Of a stretch of DNA of 64,000 nucleotides, positions 59,301 to 64,000 are shown piece by piece. Position 1 is the stretch's first letter. Each line of letters opens with the position of its first letter. The notes beneath the pieces are model-generated. The model was not told where the DNA came from and made no database searches. It saw only the letters and a list, made by a program, of their open reading frames with translations. A program made the position numbers and the translations under genes. Origin of the DNA: Oculina patagonica (lineage: Eukaryota); contig NC_135759.1 in assembly GCF_052425735.1 (NCBI RefSeq), forward strand, positions 23,808,001-23,872,000, given 5' to 3'.

Positions 59301-62300
59301 TTGTTCGGTTAAAAAGATTTTAAGAGATAGTGCCATGTTTCCTTTGAACAAAAAAACATTACATCCGGAATCGTAAAACCATACGTTTACCGGTTTACCA
59401 ATGAGGAACTCCACTGATCAAGCAAAAATTATTCACAATTAAGATTAGTCGAGCTCATGATCAGAATCTGCAGAATGAATGTAATTTAAGCACGTTTAGG
59501 GGGATATGAACAATTCACTGCGAAATTGCGCGGAAGTTTGCCTGAAGCGTTTTGCAAGGCTTGGCATTGATCTTAGCAACCTACGTACAGTCTATATCGC
59601 AGGATATCTGTTGTGTACGGATGACGGTTAACAATGAATTTTTGACTTTTTTAATATATGAGCATCGCATACGCTTGAAGATGTAAATTTGGGGCATTTG
59701 TCAACTAAATTTTTTGCCATTTGTCAGTACTTTGTCTGTCAGCCCATCTAAAAATTTGGCCAGCTTTCCAGGTGAACCGTAATTATGTAATTATTGTAAA
59801 GGTATTATATCATTACACTCCTATACTATATGACTGATAACTTAGTAACAATTTTATATTATTTTTTAAGGAAGCAGAATTTGATTGGGATTCAAAACTG
59901 CAAGGTAATTATAGCATGATAATAAAAGCTTATTTTAAGCTAAAGTAACACATAATCACTTTTCATAGCCTCACTGCCACTGTGAAAGATATAGAGCAAG
60001 CAAACGGACGTGATGTAAAACTTTGTATTAAATGTGAAAGTACATCTTGGCTGTAAGCTAGTTTCCACGTATTCCACAAAAAAAAAATTTTAAAAATGCA
60101 AGATGACACCGAAACGTCGTTTGGTTTTTTCACTAATCTTTATAGTTAAAAATACACAATCTGTCGAAATAAATTGTAAATTAATTTCTATTTATAAAAT
60201 TCTCTATTTAAAACTATTAACATAATAACAAAATAACAGCAAAGAAACGCCAGGTTTTTTTAAAAAAGGGGGGCTTTAAAACGCCATTTTTAGTTGTGTC
60301 TACATTTGGCAATGCGAGAATATACTCTTCCTTTAAACTATGTTCAGAGTTGTGAAATGGGATTAACCGCAGGCACATCGCTCTCGAAACAACTAGGCGG
60401 ATAGTTCTCGCCGATTTCTTTGTAAACTTTCACAGTTTTTTAGGCTCACCAAGTAATTTAAATTGAATATCTCCAGTGGGCTACGTTAGTGAAAAATTAT
60501 CCCTCAAAAAAAGGTAAAAATTTCTGGGTTTTTTCCTAGTGGAGCTTTTCCAGTTTGGACGATGACGCGACTAGGAGTATTTCTGCTCCACCCTGGATGG
60601 GATGCTAGTCCATCGCATCGTTACCCCCAGCATTAAATTCGCTAGTACCCATTTATACACCTGGGTGGAGATAGGCATTGTGAAAGTAAAGTGTCTTGCC
60701 CCAAAACGCAATGCAGTATCTCAGCCAGGGCTCAAAACCCGGTCGATCTGGAGTACAGCGCACTAACCATACAGGCTACCGCGCCGCCCTCAAATAAATG
60801 TAAGTTTTACTGCAAATCCTTTATATTTGAGTGTCTGTTTGATTGACAGGTATTGTTTTGGGCTCGTTCTACTATGGATACGCCTTTTTGCAGCTCCCTG
60901 GTGGTTGCCTCGCACTCAAGCTCGGTGGCACGAGAATATTTGGATACGCCATCTTTTTAGCCTCTATGTTGACGCTTCTGACTCCAGTAGCGACACGGTA
61001 TAGTGTGTACGGCATGATCGCCGTGAGAGCAGGGGAAGGACTCATGCTGGTGAGATATGAGATGGTTTATTTGCTTATTATATTGCTTTCGGCTTACAAA
61101 GAAAGGGACGCCCTTGGGTGAGTTTCTTGTATTTGCTGCGTTTGACTTCGATCTTAATTTATTAGAGCGTACGTCAAAGCAATTTTATAGCTTTATTCGT
61201 TTGGCATAAGCTCAATAAAGGTTTGTCCTTTGTCTCGATAAAGGGGCTGGTGACCTGCGTTTATATTTGTCTTTATGTAAGAGGAGTACCGACCACTGAA
61301 AACGGTAACTTTCTTAATGTCCGACGAACTCCTCTGAGCTGAAATATCCTATATTAAACAGGACATACTGTGAAAGACCATAAATCTTCTCTAAACAATT
61401 GTTTTCTTGATATCTCTTCATTCAGTTACCTGCAGTAGCCGGAACTCAAATAAAAACATATGGAAAACAAACAAATGTTTCCTATATTCAGTTTGTAATT
61501 AATACTACTCCACAAATTACTTTACGTGCTAAGGAGATCATCTTCATGTTACAGGGCGCAGTGTTTCCTTGCAATCACGCTATATGGAGTAAATGGGCCC
61601 CTCCTCTGGAGCGAACGACTCTTGTTACCATGGCGATTTCAGGCAAGTGTATAGTTGTGATCAGTACCATTGCTCAATATGCACAATTTTAAAATTGCCA
61701 ACTGTTCTTTAATGAAAAAGGGCATTGTGACTTCGATTCCTATTCTGATAGAGCAAGCAAAGGTAAATTAAACGCTCTTTCATTAATAAACCTTGAAGGA
61801 TAATTGCTATTCACATAGGCGTACGAGGCGGGGGGGGAGGGGGGCGCAGCCCCCCAGTGCAAATTGGGCATTGGACGGGCAATAAGCCTAGAGAAAAAAT
61901 AGAAAATAAGCCGAAAGTTTAGTCAACATACGTTCAAAACGAATTACATCAGCAGGAAAAGCACTGGAATATATACCGAACTTTGTGTTCAATCCAAATT
62001 TCTCTTCATCTCTTCTCTCTCGCATGGCTATAATCATGTTCAATTTTTCTCGCAAATTCTGCGTGAGCCCTCAGTTTGATTCAAATGCAATCAGCTTTTC
62101 CATAGCTTGAGTGTTTGCGCACGGTGCGGATTTAGTGCAAGACCTTAAAACAAAGCTGTTTTAAATGTATGAAGCTAATGCTTTCGACCAGATGTTTTAA
62201 CATCTTTTTAACTTTCAACGAAATGTTTTAAAACCCATCCATCCCTAAATGTTTTACACACTTTTCTATTACTTTCAAATGGGGGGGATCAATGTAAATT

Positions 62301-63558
62301 GGCTCCCCAAAATTAATTTAATTTTTGCTGAACTAAAATGAATAAATAAAATACTTCCGAAAAAGGATTCAATGTATTGACACCTTCGGACGACGTCACT
62401 AAATTAATTGAAGAACTTAAAGCAAGCAGGCGAAGTTTGTATATAACTATTTTAATGCATGTTTTATTTTATTTCAGTATAAGCCACTTTTTCGGCTTTC
62501 AACCCATGCCATTTTTTCGGGCAAAAAGGTCTCCGCCCCCCAGGACCGAAGGTGCCCGTACGCCTATGGCTATTTACACTATAATCAAAACCGTTGTCTA
62601 ATCCCAAATACTGAAACGAGTCTTGCCCCCTTACCCCCCCCCCCCCCCCCCCCTTTCGTAAAAAAAAAAAACAACAACACCCTACATTGAAAGCAATCAC
62701 CTTGCACATCATCTTTCTTTTCCCTCATTTAACTTTTGCTAAGCTGTGCATAAGCATTAAACGTGCGGGCGAGAATTGAATAACGAAACACAGACATATT
62801 GGATTGGTTGAATGTTTGAATGCTTTGTTTTATATACTTAAGAATAAGTAATTTATAAATTTATTTTCGATTTTTTTCCCCACATAAGGCTGTCACGTGG
62901 GCACTATCATAACTATGCCATTATCAGGACTTTTAACAAAATATGGATTTGATGGGGGCTGGGCCTCAGTGTTTTACTGCTTTGGTGAGTGAAATTTCTT
63001 ACAGTAACTTGAGAGACTTCGAGTACAACAATCAATCAATTAGTCAGTCAGTCAATCAATCAATAAGTCAATCAATCAATTTCTAAAAATTACAAACTGT
63101 AAAGGTTTCGCGTGGACATTAGGATTCACTGCAATTTTTTCAGCCATCGCATCATTCACCAATGAAGCATATGTGCCTGTTATATTTAGACTTACTGAGG
63201 TACAAGCCTATGAATTCTTGTAGAACTGACTGACTGACTGAACAACGAACGAACGAATGAACGAACGAACGAACGAATGAATGAATGAATGAATTAATTA
63301 ATTTATTAATGAGGAAATTGTTGAATGATCATGACTTGAACATTGCAGTGTTTTAAATGAAAAATATTTAACAAATATCAAATGTTTAAGTTGTCATTAT
63401 TTTGAACGCATTGTTTGTTGTTGATTTGCTTTGTAGGTGCTGCTGGTATACTGTGGTTCGTTGCCTGGCAACTGATTGTTCATGAATCACCTTTCGATCA
63501 TCCCACCATATCAGAAGATGAGAAAAATTACATCGAAAGAAGCTTTGAAAAAGGAAAT
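53348..63558 (+). CDS. SLC17-family MFS organic anion transporter (sialin/VGLUT-like), exons 1-6, 3'-incomplete
   Basis: Exons: 53348-53707, 59871-59904, 60850-61049, 61555-61642 (GC donor), 62889-62984, 63437-63558; phases are consistent. Motifs: PKRYILVIMTFLGFMNMYALRVNLNVAI, FDWDSKLQGIVLGSFYYGY, QLPGG, WSKWAPPLER, GGWASVFYCFG, SPFDHPTISEDEKNYIE. Confidence 0.92.
55243..56310 (-). pseudogene. 5'-truncated A32/FtsK-HerA-type packaging ATPase of the Polinton, read through into a helical/Pro-rich/basic tail
   Basis: Walker B LIVIDD, FTKGSHHRNLSVIYIVQNLF, RSISLNSHYLVLFKNPRD, PFGYLFVDL, RLRTN. No Walker A (GxxGxGKS/T) is present upstream of ~56240. Confidence 0.8.
56575..56935 (+). repeat. (CCA)n-based compound low-complexity repeat inside the Polinton
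   Basis: Runs of ccaccacca alternate with aattctattttt/tttaactcc spacers. Confidence 0.85.
57040..57830 (+). pseudogene. Frameshifted remnants of Polinton-associated hypothetical ORFs
   Basis: KRLVQEGG; MATSKDILFWTPRGQILRNQRIIPVTNI / SELVEYVLLP...KPRALNTFSEGLAELGVNKRLIKNK followed by an acidic tail. The resemblance to Polinton accessory ORFs is recalled, not searched. Confidence 0.45.
60560..60787 (-). mobile_element. tRNA-derived SINE with a conserved central (Nin/Deu-like) domain
   Basis: ggatgggatgctagtccatcgc...tacccatttatacacctgggtggaga...gtgtcttgccc...gcgcactaacca; the tRNA-like head is on the minus strand. Confidence 0.6.
61814..62568. mobile_element. Non-autonomous hAT-type element
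   Basis: TIR CATAGGCGTACG / CGTACGCCTATG; 8-bp TSD GCTATTCA / GCTATTTA (1 mismatch). Confidence 0.75.
63029..63310. repeat. Tetranucleotide microsatellites (AATC/AGTC; GACT/AACG/AATG)
   Basis: Visible runs at ~63029-63080 and ~63226-63305. Confidence 0.8.
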
Positions 63559-64000
63559 GTAAGAGAATCGCAGCTGGTTTTGAAAAGATTCCTTAGCTTA
63601 TAAAACGATAAAGACAATCTTAGGTTGAATGATCCGTGGCTTAAAAAGCAAGCGATATAACTCGTTTCACATTTTTAAAAGGTTGCGCATGGATGGCAGA
63701 ATTCCATTTTCTTGGTCATAGACTTATCAAAGACGTTCGCTTTTTGTTTACGGTTTGGCAGAATACATCACATCCTATAGCCATGACATTTAAAGGGCAG
63801 TTCATGGTATTTTACGTAATTCTTTTCTTTTTCGCTTTCTATTAAACTTCTGTTGTCAAAATCTCGGCCACCTAACAAACAAGGATGATTTTTGAGCATT
63901 AATTTAAACGACATCTTTTTTACAAGCTGTGTTTAGCATAAAAAAAGTCGAGCTAGCGCTTATCAAGTTCACCCTTATGCAGTCCATTTTAATTTTCTCC

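Overview
AT-rich, intron-containing eukaryotic DNA. The repeat families resemble those of stony corals/cnidarians (inference only). The window holds two tandem minus-strand paralogs of a large multi-exon gene. Copy B (32503..52656) can be spliced by hand into 19 phase-consistent GT-AG exons encoding about 1654 aa. Its architecture is: MGxxxS N-terminus, cholesterol-oxidase-like GMC flavo-oxidoreductase with a CxxCxxCxxxC motif, linker domain, Cys-nucleophile alpha/beta hydrolase, and LpxH-like calcineurin-type metallophosphoesterase. Copy A (703..14554) has the first 10 exons with identical lengths and runs off the left edge. Head-to-head with copy B, an SLC17 (sialin/VGLUT-family) transporter starts at 53348 and runs off the right edge. 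Its first intron carries a 5.1-kb internally deleted Polinton/Maverick (6-bp TSD, AG..CT ends, ~1.15-kb TIRs, truncated packaging ATPase). Other mobile DNA includes: a 2.7-kb TTAA-flanked foldback palindrome; a Tx1/L1-type LINE flanked by a 269-bp direct repeat; two Penelope-like insertions with 5' inversions; hammerhead-like motifs; MULE, hAT, Harbinger and Kolobok-type non-autonomous elements; SINEs; and a two-variant 8-bp minisatellite with a 420-bp higher-order period. There is one 130-N assembly gap.
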